Part shown: positions 10,804-19,554 of the stretch, piece by piece | How positions within the stretch are numbered: the stretch's first letter is position 1 | How the letters are laid out: each line of letters begins with the position of its first letter | Assembly (NCBI GenBank): GCA_025357635.1 | Contig: JANXOV010000115.1 | Coordinates: forward strand, 4,471-68,470 | Direction: 5' to 3' | DNA length: 64,000 nt | Source: Pseudomonadota bacterium | GTDB lineage: Bacteria; Pseudomonadota; Gammaproteobacteria; Steroidobacterales; Steroidobacteraceae | Position numbers and translations under genes: made by a program | The notes under the pieces: model-generated | Seen by the model: the letters and a program-made list of their open reading frames with translations, nothing else | What the model was told of the DNA's origin: nothing | The model's database searches: none

Positions 10804-11493
10804 TCAGCCTGCCGTGTAGCCGTCGAGCAGCTGCCGCCAGCAGGCAGCATCGAAACGCTCCGCGGGCAAGCCGGCGCAGACTTTCGCAAGCGATCGCTGC
10901 AGCCGCGCGAGATTGCCGCGGGCCCACCGCCCAGGCGCACGCAGCCGCCCGCGATCCAGATCGATCACGCTCACCGTGCCTGCGGCATCCAGCAAGATGT
11001 TATGGGCATTGAGGTCCGCGTGATCAAGGCCCGCGCGATGCAGCCCTTCAAGCGCGCGGCCGATGCCATTCCAGTGCGCGGCCGATAGCGGCGCGGCGGC
11101 AAGCAGCGCGCTGAGCGGGGTCGCGCCGGCGATGCGCCGCGTGATCAGGTCGCAGCGATACAGCAGGCCGTGGCGTGAGTATCGCGCGGCGACTGGCGCG
11201 GGCACCGGCAGTCCCTGCGCGTGCAGCCGCGCGCTCAATCTGCATTCGGCAAAGGCGCGCACCCGCTCCTCACCCAGCCAGAAATAGCGGTCGGTCAGCA
11301 GCCGCGCCGTCATGCCGCCGCGGCGGAAATGCCGCAGCACCCATTCCTCCTGCTCCGTCTTCACGAACCAAGCCGACCCTCGACCCTGCGCAGTTGCGCT
11401 CAGCCGTCCCTGCGCGGCCCAATGGTTGGGATCGAAGACCGATTCGCCGCCGGATTCGAGTACACTTGCGGCTGAAGAAGCGGCGATGAGCAT
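10804..11493 (-). CDS. kdkA: Kdo kinase
   Basis: This is the C-terminal 229 codons of the 772-aa track ORF. WVLRHFRRGG...LHRAGLDHADLNAHNILLD..VSVIDLDRG matches KdkA-type lipopolysaccharide kinases. ATG at 11491-11493, 8 nt upstream of waaA. Confidence 0.8.
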   Translation of the reverse strand: MLIAASSAASVLESGGESVFDPNHWAAQGRLSATAQGRGSAWFVKTEQEEWVLRHFRRGGMTARLLTDRYFWLGEERVRAFAECRLSARLHAQGLPVPAPVAARYSRHGLLYRCDLITRRIAGATPLSALLAAAPLSAAHWNGIGRALEGLHRAGLDHADLNAHNILLDAAGTVSVIDLDRGRLRAPGRWARGNLARLQRSLAKVCAGLPAERFDAACWRQLLDGYTAG

Positions 11494-11562
11494 GGCGCCA
11501 TCGACAGTGCGCTGGACCTGCCCGCCTTCCACTGCAAGCGACTTGCCACAGACGATCAAGCG

Positions 11563-12627
11563 ATGCCCTTGCGATTCAATTCCCCGCCTGCCCAAGTCTG
11601 CCTGCTGCGGCTGTCCGCCATTGGAGATGCCTGCCATGCGCTGGCAGTGCTTCGAGCATTGCAGGCGGCGTGGCCGCAAACACGATTTACGTGGATCATC
11701 GGCAAAGTCGAAGCCAGGTTGATGAGCGCGTTGTTGCCCGAGGTGGAGTTTATCACCTTCGACAAACGCGCCACCTGGCACGAACTGCGCAAGGTCCGGC
11801 GACTGCTGGCGCAGCGGCGCTTCGATCTGCTGCTGCATCTGCAGTTGTCCTTCCGCGCCAGCCTCCTGAGCACGCTCATTCGCGCCCCCGTGAAACTGGG
11901 ATTCGACCGCGCCCGCGCGCGCGAACTGCAGTGGCTGTTCACGAATACCCGCATCGCGGCGCGGCCGCGCGAACATGTCCTGGATTCCCTGCTGGGGTTC
12001 GCACGCGCCTGTGGCGTGGAGCCCGGTCCGCCGCAATGGCGCATCGCCTGTTCGCCTGCCGCGCAGGACTATGCGCACAGCGTGATTCCGGACCGGCGCG
12101 CAACGCTTCTGATCAGCCCCTGCTCGAGCCACAGCGCGCGCAACTGGCCGGCCGAACGCTACGCGGCGCTGGCGCAGTACGCTGCGCAATCGCACGCGAT
12201 GCGCGTCGTGCTGGTCGGCGGACCCGGTCCGCTGGAGGCACAGATGGGCGCGGCCATCGAATCCGCCGCCGGCGTTCCGATCCTCAACCAGATCGGCAAG
12301 GACACGCTGCCCTTGCTGCTGGCGCTGATCGAACGCGCCACGGTGCTGCTCACGCCGGATTCGGGGCCGGCGCACATGGCCACCATGGTCGCAACGCCGG
12401 TGATCGGCTTGTATGCGGCGACCAACCCGGCGCGCAGCGGTCCGTACGCAAGCCTCGGCACCTGCGTGGATCGACACGATGCCGCCAGCCGGCGCTTCCT
12501 GGGCAAGCCTGCCGCCGAAGTCCCCTGGACCACCAAGATCGAGGAGCCCGGCGTCATGGAGTTGATCGAGGTGGACGATGTGAAACGGATGCTCGACCAG
12601 GTGCTGAAGGAACGGATTGTTCGTTAG
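11563..12627 (+). CDS. Glycosyltransferase family 9 (LPS heptosyltransferase-like)
   Basis: LLRLSAIGDACHALAVLRALQAAWP near the N-terminus and a C-terminal TPDSGPAHMA motif are typical of WaaC/WaaF-type enzymes. It is divergent from kdkA-waaA. Confidence 0.8.
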   Translation: MPLRFNSPPAQVCLLRLSAIGDACHALAVLRALQAAWPQTRFTWIIGKVEARLMSALLPEVEFITFDKRATWHELRKVRRLLAQRRFDLLLHLQLSFRASLLSTLIRAPVKLGFDRARARELQWLFTNTRIAARPREHVLDSLLGFARACGVEPGPPQWRIACSPAAQDYAHSVIPDRRATLLISPCSSHSARNWPAERYAALAQYAAQSHAMRVVLVGGPGPLEAQMGAAIESAAGVPILNQIGKDTLPLLLALIERATVLLTPDSGPAHMATMVATPVIGLYAATNPARSGPYASLGTCVDRHDAASRRFLGKPAAEVPWTTKIEEPGVMELIEVDDVKRMLDQVLKERIVR

Positions 12628-12639
12628 AATGCGCAACCT

Positions 12640-13047
12640 ATGAGCAGCAATGAAATTCTGGTGCCGATATCGCCGGGCGAACTGATCGACAAGATCACGA
12701 TCCTGCGCATCAAGTCGGCGCGCATGACCGACTCGAAGAAACTCGCCAACGTGCGCATGGAACTTCAGGCGCTGCAGTCCACCTGGAGCAGCCATGCCTA
12801 CTCGCAGCAGGACATCGCCGCCGATGAGCGGGCACTGCAGGCAGTGAACGAACGCCTGTGGGTGATCGAGGATGACATCCGCGACAAGGAACGCGCCAAG
12901 GAATTCGACGCCGGGTTCGTGCGGTTGGCGCGCGCCGTGTACGTCGAGAACGACGAACGCGCCGCGATCAAGAAGCGCATCAACGAACGCCTGGGTTCTT
13001 CGATCGTCGAAGAAAAATCTTATCGGGACTACAAAGGCGGCGCCTGA
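12640..13047 (+). CDS. Small conserved hypothetical protein; resembles the DUF6165-type proteins found beside LPS-core genes
   Basis: 135 aa. PISPGELIDKITILRIKSARMTD..KLANV is a motif I recall from that family. It lies 12 nt after the heptosyltransferase gene. Confidence 0.5.
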   Translation: MSSNEILVPISPGELIDKITILRIKSARMTDSKKLANVRMELQALQSTWSSHAYSQQDIAADERALQAVNERLWVIEDDIRDKERAKEFDAGFVRLARAVYVENDERAAIKKRINERLGSSIVEEKSYRDYKGGA

Positions 13048-13060
13048 AGCCGCAGTCGTT

Positions 13061-13303
13061 TCATCGCCGCAGCGTGTACTCCGCGCCGCAATACGAGCAC
13101 TTGGCCCATCCGGTCTCGGCAACTGCCAGATAAACCCGCGGATGGGAATTCCACAGGATCATGCCCGGCATCGGACAGGACAGCGGCAGATCCGCCTCGG
13201 TCACTTCATACTGATGCTGCGCGTTGGCCTGTATCAGATCGCGCCGCGGCGCGGGGCTTGCGGGAGCGGCTGCCTGGGCATCGCCATTTGAAGTGGTGGA
13301 CAT
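13061..13303 (-). CDS. Zinc-finger (CHCC-type) domain protein
   Basis: 80 aa with LSCPMPG....HPRVYL....G.AKCSYCGAEY, the short zf-CHCC pattern. Confidence 0.6.
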   Translation of the reverse strand: MSTTSNGDAQAAAPASPAPRRDLIQANAQHQYEVTEADLPLSCPMPGMILWNSHPRVYLAVAETGWAKCSYCGAEYTLRR

Positions 13304-13437
13304 GTTGTCGATTTCCTGCTGCGAGAGTGCCGGTCATTGCCATGGCGGGGAAAAATCCGCGGCTGCGCATTTTGCCCGCAGCGCAGGTTCAGCGCAAATG
13401 CCGCGCGGCACGCACTCTGGCCAAACCGGCATGGTGG

Positions 13438-16332
13438 CTACGAAGGCCCGGTCGCATCGAAGACCTGGCGCCATATCTCGCGCACGCGCACGCGCGTTCT
13501 TTCATGCGGCGCCGCCTCGACCACACGCTCTCCCTGCCCCTCCAGCGATATCAGATGCAACAGCGCGCGGAATTCGCGGTACACATCGGTGAGCCATTGC
13601 GCAGTTCCCGCATCGACGATGCCGGCTGCGACCAGCGCCTCGAGCTGGCGGATGTTGTCCGGGTAGGTCAGCAGCGCTGCGTGTTCGTGCGCATGCGCCA
13701 GCACCCAGTACTGGACCAGGAATTCGATGTCCGCGATGCCGCCCCAATCCTGCTTGATGTCGAACTCGCCCGGCTTGGCCTTGGACAGCTCGTTGCGCAT
13801 GCGGGCGCGCATCTGCGCCACTTCCTCACGAAGCTTGTCGCGGTGCACGGACTGGCGCAGCACGCGCACCCGCGCGCGCTCGAACTCCGCGCACAGCTCC
13901 GGGTCACCGGCAACGGCGCGCGCGCGCAGCAGCGCCTGATGTTCCCAGGTCCACGCTTCCTGGTGCTGGTAGCGCTCGAACGCATCGAGTCCCGTCATCA
14001 GGAATCCGCCCTTGCCGTTGGGCCGCAGCCGCATGTCCACTTCGTACAGCCGCCCGGCCGTGGAATGCATGGTCAAGAGGTGCACGATGCGCTGACCGAG
14101 CCGCAGAAAGAAAATGCCGTTGTCCAGCGACCGCTCGCCGTGCGTCTGCTGAATCTCACCTTGAGAATCATGCAGGAAGACCAGGTCCAGATCCGATCCG
14201 TATCCCAGTTCCAGGCCGCCGAGCTTGCCGTACCCTGCAACCGCAATCTTCACGACCCGCAATTGCGCCTGCGTCGGGCCGCAGTGAGGCACGCCGTAGC
14301 TGGCGCTCATCTGCTGCCATGCCAGGTCCATGCAGCATTGCACGATGAGTTCGGCGATGTCGGTGAGCCGGTCGCTGACCTTCATCAGCGGCAGACGCTG
14401 CGTCAGATCCGCCAGCGCCACCGCAAAAATCGCCACCTTCTGAAATTGCCGCAGCGCCTCGACCTGGGCTTCCGGGTCATCCGCAGCCACACGTTCCATG
14501 CGCGCCGCCAGTTCCTGCGCAAAGCGGGCGCGCGAAGGCAGTTCATTGAACAGCCGCGCATCGATGAGTTCATCCAGCAGCAGCGGAAATTCGGCGATCT
14601 GCCGAGACAGAAAGGCGCTGATCTCACACACATCGATGAGACGGTCGAAGGCGGCGGGTTGTTCATTCAACAAGGCAAGGTAGGACGAGCGCGAGCCGAT
14701 CGATTCGAGCACGCGCAGCACCCGCTCCATTGCCGCAGCCGGCGAGGCGCTGCGCGCGGCGCGATCGAGCAGGCGCGCCAGCAATTGCCGTACGCGCCGG
14801 CGGCCCGCCTCATCCAGACGGCGGTAAGGGCCGCCCTGACGGTAGGCACCCAAGGCTGCGGCGCTGGCCTCCAGTTCAGCGGCGGGGAAGCCTCGATTGC
14901 GCAGCTCCTCCGGCACCGATGCCGATTCGGAGGCAAACCAGGCCATGTTCTGTTCCGGCTGTGAGCGGCGCGGATCGGAGACGCCGAACAGCAGCGATTC
15001 AAAGTGATCAGCAACGATTTTGCGCGCCGCCTCGATGCGCGCCAGCGCCGCCGGCCAGCCGCTGTCGCCCATCGCGAGCGCCAGCCGCTCGCGGTCAGTC
15101 TCATCCGCAGGAAGCGAATGTGTCTGTTCGTCGCGGATCATCTGCACCGCGTTCTCAGCCCTGCGCAGCACAAAGTAGGCCCCGAGCAGGTCAGCGGCCG
15201 CCGAACCACCCAGCAGCCGGGAGCCGGCCAGCATCGGCAGCACTTCCAGGATTGAGGCATTTTGCAGGCGTGGATCGCTGCCGCCGCGCACCAGCTGAAA
15301 GGATTGTGCAATGAATTCTATTTCGCGAATGCCGCCGGACCCGAGCTTCAAATGCTGTTCCAGATCGCGCCGTGAAACCTCGCGTGCAATCAGGGCCTTC
15401 ATGTCGCGCAGCGATTCGAATACGCCGAAATCCAGATAGCGCCGGTAAACGAAGGGGCGCACGCAGTTCTTGTAGGTGTCCGCATACGCCGCCGCGCCCG
15501 TGATGGCGCGGGCCTTGATCCAGGCATAGCGCTCCCAATCGCGGCCATGCTGCTGCAGGTAGTCCTCGAGCGCACCCAGGCTGATCACCAGCGGACCGCT
15601 TTGTCCGAACGGGCGCAGCCGCATGTCCACCCTGAAAACGAAGCCTTCCTCGGTGACCGCGTCGAGCAGCCGGATCGCCGTGCCGCCGAGCCGGTTGAAA
15701 TACTCACCATTGTCCGTCACGCGCGGACCGCTGGTTTCACCGCCCTCACCGTACAAAAAGATCAGATCCACATCGGAGGAAAAATTCAGCTCGTGGCCGC
15801 CGAGCTTGCCCATGCCCAGTACGATCAGCTCCACACCGGAGCCATCGGCGTTGCGCGCCCGTCCGAAGGTGGGCTCGAGCAGAGTCACCGCGGCATCTAC
15901 GGCGGCGCTGATCGCAACGTCGGCCAGATCCGACAATGCCCGCAGGGTCTGCGGCACCGTGGCCTCGCCGTTGACATCGCGCCACAGAATCTGCGTCATG
16001 GCGCGGCGCCGCCAGACGCGCAGCGCCGCCATGACGGCAGCTTCGTCCGCGCCGACGTCGATCCTCGGCAAGTCAGGGGTTTGCGCCGGCATTGCGGTGG
16101 GATCCAGCACCTGCGACAGCAGTGTCACATCGCGCAGCAGCGCGGCCGCGGCGAACTCGCTCACCGCCACGCAACGCGTCAGGCGCAGCCAGGCAAGTTC
16201 GCCCAACTCAGCGCAAAGCGATGCGCAGCCGGCGGTCTCCTGCAGACGCTCCCACCAGCGCGTCACGCGTGGTCGAAGACTGCCGGGCAGATGCTCGAGG
16301 GTCAGGGTATTGGACGGCGTGCGATGGTTCAT
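13438..16332 (-). CDS. glnE: Bifunctional glutamine synthetase adenylyltransferase/adenylyl-removing enzyme
   Basis: 964 aa with two nucleotidyltransferase halves (GKLGGHELNFSSDVDLIF and GKLGGLELGYGSDLDLVF). Confidence 0.9.
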   Translation of the reverse strand: MNHRTPSNTLTLEHLPGSLRPRVTRWWERLQETAGCASLCAELGELAWLRLTRCVAVSEFAAAALLRDVTLLSQVLDPTAMPAQTPDLPRIDVGADEAAVMAALRVWRRRAMTQILWRDVNGEATVPQTLRALSDLADVAISAAVDAAVTLLEPTFGRARNADGSGVELIVLGMGKLGGHELNFSSDVDLIFLYGEGGETSGPRVTDNGEYFNRLGGTAIRLLDAVTEEGFVFRVDMRLRPFGQSGPLVISLGALEDYLQQHGRDWERYAWIKARAITGAAAYADTYKNCVRPFVYRRYLDFGVFESLRDMKALIAREVSRRDLEQHLKLGSGGIREIEFIAQSFQLVRGGSDPRLQNASILEVLPMLAGSRLLGGSAAADLLGAYFVLRRAENAVQMIRDEQTHSLPADETDRERLALAMGDSGWPAALARIEAARKIVADHFESLLFGVSDPRRSQPEQNMAWFASESASVPEELRNRGFPAAELEASAAALGAYRQGGPYRRLDEAGRRRVRQLLARLLDRAARSASPAAAMERVLRVLESIGSRSSYLALLNEQPAAFDRLIDVCEISAFLSRQIAEFPLLLDELIDARLFNELPSRARFAQELAARMERVAADDPEAQVEALRQFQKVAIFAVALADLTQRLPLMKVSDRLTDIAELIVQCCMDLAWQQMSASYGVPHCGPTQAQLRVVKIAVAGYGKLGGLELGYGSDLDLVFLHDSQGEIQQTHGERSLDNGIFFLRLGQRIVHLLTMHSTAGRLYEVDMRLRPNGKGGFLMTGLDAFERYQHQEAWTWEHQALLRARAVAGDPELCAEFERARVRVLRQSVHRDKLREEVAQMRARMRNELSKAKPGEFDIKQDWGGIADIEFLVQYWVLAHAHEHAALLTYPDNIRQLEALVAAGIVDAGTAQWLTDVYREFRALLHLISLEGQGERVVEAAPHERTRVRVREIWRQVFDATGPS

Positions 16333-16353
16333 GGCCTAGAGCATATCCACGAT

Positions 16354-16848
16354 CTACGCCCGTGTGGCGTTGGAGGGGTTCAATTCCAGGGCGTAGGCCT
16401 GATCGCATCGAGGTGTCAGATGCGCCGGAAGCGGTTGTCGCAAGAAACCGTTCCTCTGATATAGAGCGATGGCATCTTTGAGCACGGACGCCGTGTCGAG
16501 AACCACGCGCTGGCAGCCTCGAGCGCGCGCGAAGTCGATCAACTGGCGCAGCAAGGCGGCGCCCAATCCCAAGCCGCGTGCCTGCGGCAGCAGATACATC
16601 TTGCGCAATTCGGCCTCACGCGCGTTCAGCGGTTTGATTCCACCACAGCCCACGATCTGGCCCTGCGTGGAAAGCAGAACCCGGAAGCAGCCGCCCGGCG
16701 CCACGTAGTACGACACCACATCCCACAGATCCGCATCGGTCACCGCCAAATCAGGTTCCAGGCCATACTCGCGCAGCACCGTGAAAACGAGCTGCTGAAT
16801 TGCGGGCTCATCGCCCGACACCGCATCGCGAAAACTCATCGCCTGCAT
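16354..16848 (-). CDS. GNAT family N-acetyltransferase
   Basis: 164 aa with the acetyl-CoA binding motif LPQARGLGLGAALLRQLIDFARARG. Confidence 0.8.
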   Translation of the reverse strand: MQAMSFRDAVSGDEPAIQQLVFTVLREYGLEPDLAVTDADLWDVVSYYVAPGGCFRVLLSTQGQIVGCGGIKPLNAREAELRKMYLLPQARGLGLGAALLRQLIDFARARGCQRVVLDTASVLKDAIALYQRNGFLRQPLPAHLTPRCDQAYALELNPSNATRA

Positions 16849-16911
16849 CGCCTGATCGCCTTGCCTTCAGTCCAAAAACTGGTCGACATTGCGCGACGGT
16901 CCGGGAGCCAC

Positions 16912-17535
16912 TCAGCGCGCGTACACCGGATCGCTGCGATCACGGCTGCCCAACAGCTTGAGCACTGAGAACATGCCTTCGTCCCACAGCGACGTCGTCG
17001 GCTGGTTCAGATTCCAGTCCATGACGACAGTGCGCTTCGCGATACGCCAAGTGCCGGCGCGCTTTTCCAGACGATCGACATAGCGCCCCCCGTAGAGGAA
17101 ATCATTCTGCACGGTCGACGCATCGAAGCCGAAGCGCTTTAAGTAAGTCGGGCCGAACACATCGCGCACCTTGGCAGGTTCGCCTTTCACCCGATGGTAA
17201 GCAAAGAGGTACGATTCTGTATGAGCGATGTCGCCGCTGATCTCCATGTGCACGTTCATGATGGCGTGCATCGTCACCTCGAACCACTCCTGAATTTCGC
17301 GGATGATGAACTCCGCGAATTCCTGCGCATTTCCCGCAAAGACCCCGTGGTCGTCGAACCCGTCGGGCCAGTAGACGTCCTTCATCAACTGGACGTCGCA
17401 ACGGTCGAGCGCCCGGCAGTAGCTCGTCAGTACGTGGTAGATCTTTTGGCGATCGACCAATTCCTGCAGTTCGGCGGCGGTGGCGGTCATGGATGCGGGC
17501 TCCTCGGAGGCGTCAATGTGTTGTGGGAGCTGCAT
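16912..17535 (-). CDS. Nuclear transport factor 2 (SnoaL-like) family protein
   Basis: 207 aa. LVDRQKIYHVLTSYCRALDRCDVQLMKDVYWPDG is typical of SnoaL_4/NTF2-like proteins. Confidence 0.6.
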   Translation of the reverse strand: MQLPQHIDASEEPASMTATAAELQELVDRQKIYHVLTSYCRALDRCDVQLMKDVYWPDGFDDHGVFAGNAQEFAEFIIREIQEWFEVTMHAIMNVHMEISGDIAHTESYLFAYHRVKGEPAKVRDVFGPTYLKRFGFDASTVQNDFLYGGRYVDRLEKRAGTWRIAKRTVVMDWNLNQPTTSLWDEGMFSVLKLLGSRDRSDPVYAR

Positions 17536-17631
17536 AGGCTATCACTGGAGCGGCGGACGCCGCTGTAGAATACGAACGACCGTGGCATGACTAACCACAC
17601 TGACCGACCCGCACCGACGGCTGTGCCACGA

Positions 17632-18228
17632 TCACACCTGGCGACCTTCGGGCGAGGTCTCCTTCCTGTCCAGCCCTCCAAATCCTGCCGACTGTTCCTC
17701 CTCGCGTAGCGACTCACTCAACAGCTCTACGCTCTGATGAAAGTGATGTGCCCACGGCGGTAATTCCGGCACTGCCAGCCCATCTGCGTGGGTACTCAAG
17801 AACACCTGCGGGTCGATCAGACCGTCCGGTCCTTTGAATACGCCGCGAACAGCCACGACACCGAGAACTCGCCCCTCGCGCACGAATCGATGTTCGAGAA
17901 AGCCCCACTTGTGATCCCATCCGATCAGGCGCGTTTGAACCTCGAATCGCTGAAACGCCCTCAAATCGCGACGAAACTTGGCGACCGCATCTGCCACCAC
18001 TGGAAACGCCTTATGCCGACGTGCGGTCCCCAGCACGCCGGTTCGAATGAACCAATCAATTCGCCCGATATCCGCCAGCGTCAGCTATCGCCCATTGTTG
18101 ACGTGGAAATTGAAATCCAGATCATTCGGCCAGGCACGCAACCGGATACACGTGGTCGAGGTCAATTCTATCTTTGGCCCCGCAAGAGCTCTGACGCCTA
18201 TGCGGAGCAGTCGAAACCAAGGCAACAT
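17632..18228 (-). pseudogene. Acyl-CoA thioesterase (hotdog fold, 4HBT_2-like) interrupted by an in-frame TAG
   Basis: The track ORF 17632..18036 lacks the family's N-terminus. Reading the same frame upstream gives MLPWFRLLRIGVRALAGPKIELTSTTCIRLRAWPNDLDFNFHVNNGR*LTLADIGRIDWFIRTGVLG... The TAG is at 18085-18087, where this family has Tyr (NNGRYL). The ATG is at 18226-18228. Confidence 0.7.
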
Positions 18229-18298
18229 CGATATTCTCTTCTACGGAGTGGCCTTCGCAGTCTACGCTCGGATCGAGCCCTCATCACCATTCAGCGAG

Positions 18299-18399
18299 AC
18301 CGGCATGGCGAGCATCACGGCAGAGGGCACAAGCAGTTCCTCAGGGCGCGTGCGGACCTTTGCGGGCACAGGTTTGCGGCTCACGGTGCAATTTTGCGT
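18299..18399 (-). repeat. About 100-bp internal fragment homologous to the 209-aa secreted-protein gene (copy of 30888-30988)
   Basis: Aligned by eye, about 90% of bases are identical. The minus-strand reading QNCTVSRKPVPAKVRTRPEELLVPSAVMLAMPVS compares with QNCTASRKPVPAKVRTRPEELVVPSPVMLAMPVS in the full gene. Homology stops at both edges. Confidence 0.8.
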
Positions 18400-18493
18400 G
18401 AATTTCGACCCCACTCTAATCCGTCGCGCGCGCTCGATTGTTAAAGGAGTCAAGGTGGGTCTCAACGCCCCCCTCGCTCTCGAGGACGAATGA
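18400..18493 (+). pseudogene. 3' remnant of a PrlF-type (AbrB-fold) antitoxin gene
   Basis: The reading ...DPTLIRRARSIVKGVKVGLNAPLALEDE* resembles the acidic C-terminal tail of PrlF antitoxins (E. coli ...LVAGMDVNIDDEIGDDE). Its stop overlaps the following toxin start as ATGA. No N-terminal DNA-binding half is present. Confidence 0.45.
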
Positions 18494-18840
18494 ATGTCGA
18501 TCCTGTCGATCCGCCCTTGACCATCAAGGGCTGGTCGATCTTTGCGCACCCGCTGTTCCTTGATTCGTTGGACGCACGCTTGGCGACGAATGTAAACACT
18601 GGTTCCGGGCGAGGTTTTTTCAGCAATACCGGCTATTCTTTCGATATCACCTCGAAAGCCGAATACTGATTTACGCCTGGGGTAATGACGTAGATACCAA
18701 ACGGGCATACGAGAGTGATGATGACGCCTACCGCACGTTCCGACGCATGCTGAAGAAGGGGAATCTGCCAGATGATTGGAGCTCACTGTTAGTTCAAGCG
18801 AAAGCGCAAAGCAAACGGCTGCGCGCCGCGAGAGGCCTGA
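18490..18840 (+). pseudogene. Decayed YhaV-family toxin gene (internal out-of-frame deletion)
   Basis: Frame 1 from ATG 18490 gives MNVDPVDPPLTIKGWSIFAHPLFLDSLDARLA... (E. coli YhaV has VNGWALYAHPCFQETYDALVA), with a stop at 18667. The frame shifted by one base gives KHWFRARFFQQYRLFFRYHLESRILIYAWGNDVDTKRAYESDDDAYRTFRRMLKKGNLPDDW (YhaV has KDWSRVKFGAGRYRLFFRYSEKEKVIILGWMNDENTLRTYGKKTDAYTVFSKMLKRGHPPADW). Roughly 45-50 central codons are missing. The end coordinate is approximate. Confidence 0.7.
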
Positions 18841-19554
18841 TCGCTGACCGGCGGCGCACATGCAGGTGCGCGCCGACGGCCATCGCGATCGGATTACCCC
18901 TGCCATCGGCGGATAGGAAAAACAAACCGCCTGGCCGGGCCACCTGTTCGGGCCGAGTCTGTCGGTCTGCCAGCTATCGATCTGAATGCCGAACACACGC
19001 TGGAGGCGCGGCCGGTCGGCGGCTTCGCGCGAAGTCGTCAGTCCTGCAACGCAAGCCGCGCGTGCCTGCGCAGGGTCCTACGCACGTTCATGAATCAGCG
19101 CTGCCCGCAGCAGTGGCATCCGCTCGCAGTACAACCTCAATATCTCGAGCAGTGCCGGCTTTAGCAGGCTGGCCTTTGCGCGCGGCAACCTGAACAGCCG
19201 CAGCAATTCGTCCTTGCGCAGCAGGATGAAGAGTTCATCGAGCGTGATGTGCGGTTGCTCTTCGACCCAGGATTGCGCGATCAGCGCTCGCGCCGCGGAC
19301 TTGAGGCGGCGGCTGCGGGTCTCATATCAGCCGTCGCAGCGGCGTCAGCGATTCCCTCGAATCCCCAGAGCAAACTGGATATGTATCCAGTTTTCTTGGC
19401 GCATTTGTCCGAATGTGAGCTCCGTTTGCGTCTAACTACATGTAGACAATCAGGGCGGCAATTCAAGGCGAGCGCAGGTCGCATGGCCCCGGTGTCGGCG
19501 TAACAAAGCGGTACCGCGCCATGCATTGGCTGGGGACAACGGCGGGAGTCATCG

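Noticed and set aside
11494-13122. N-terminal 543 codons of the 772-aa minus-strand ORF 10804..13122
   Set aside because: This part is antisense to the heptosyltransferase and the following small gene. Only the last 229 codons (kdkA) look like a real protein and have a sensible ATG.
13258-14964. 568-aa plus-strand ORF
   Set aside because: It is entirely antisense to glnE. Its composition is Arg/Ala/Gln-rich with no motifs, the typical shadow ORF of a high-GC gene.
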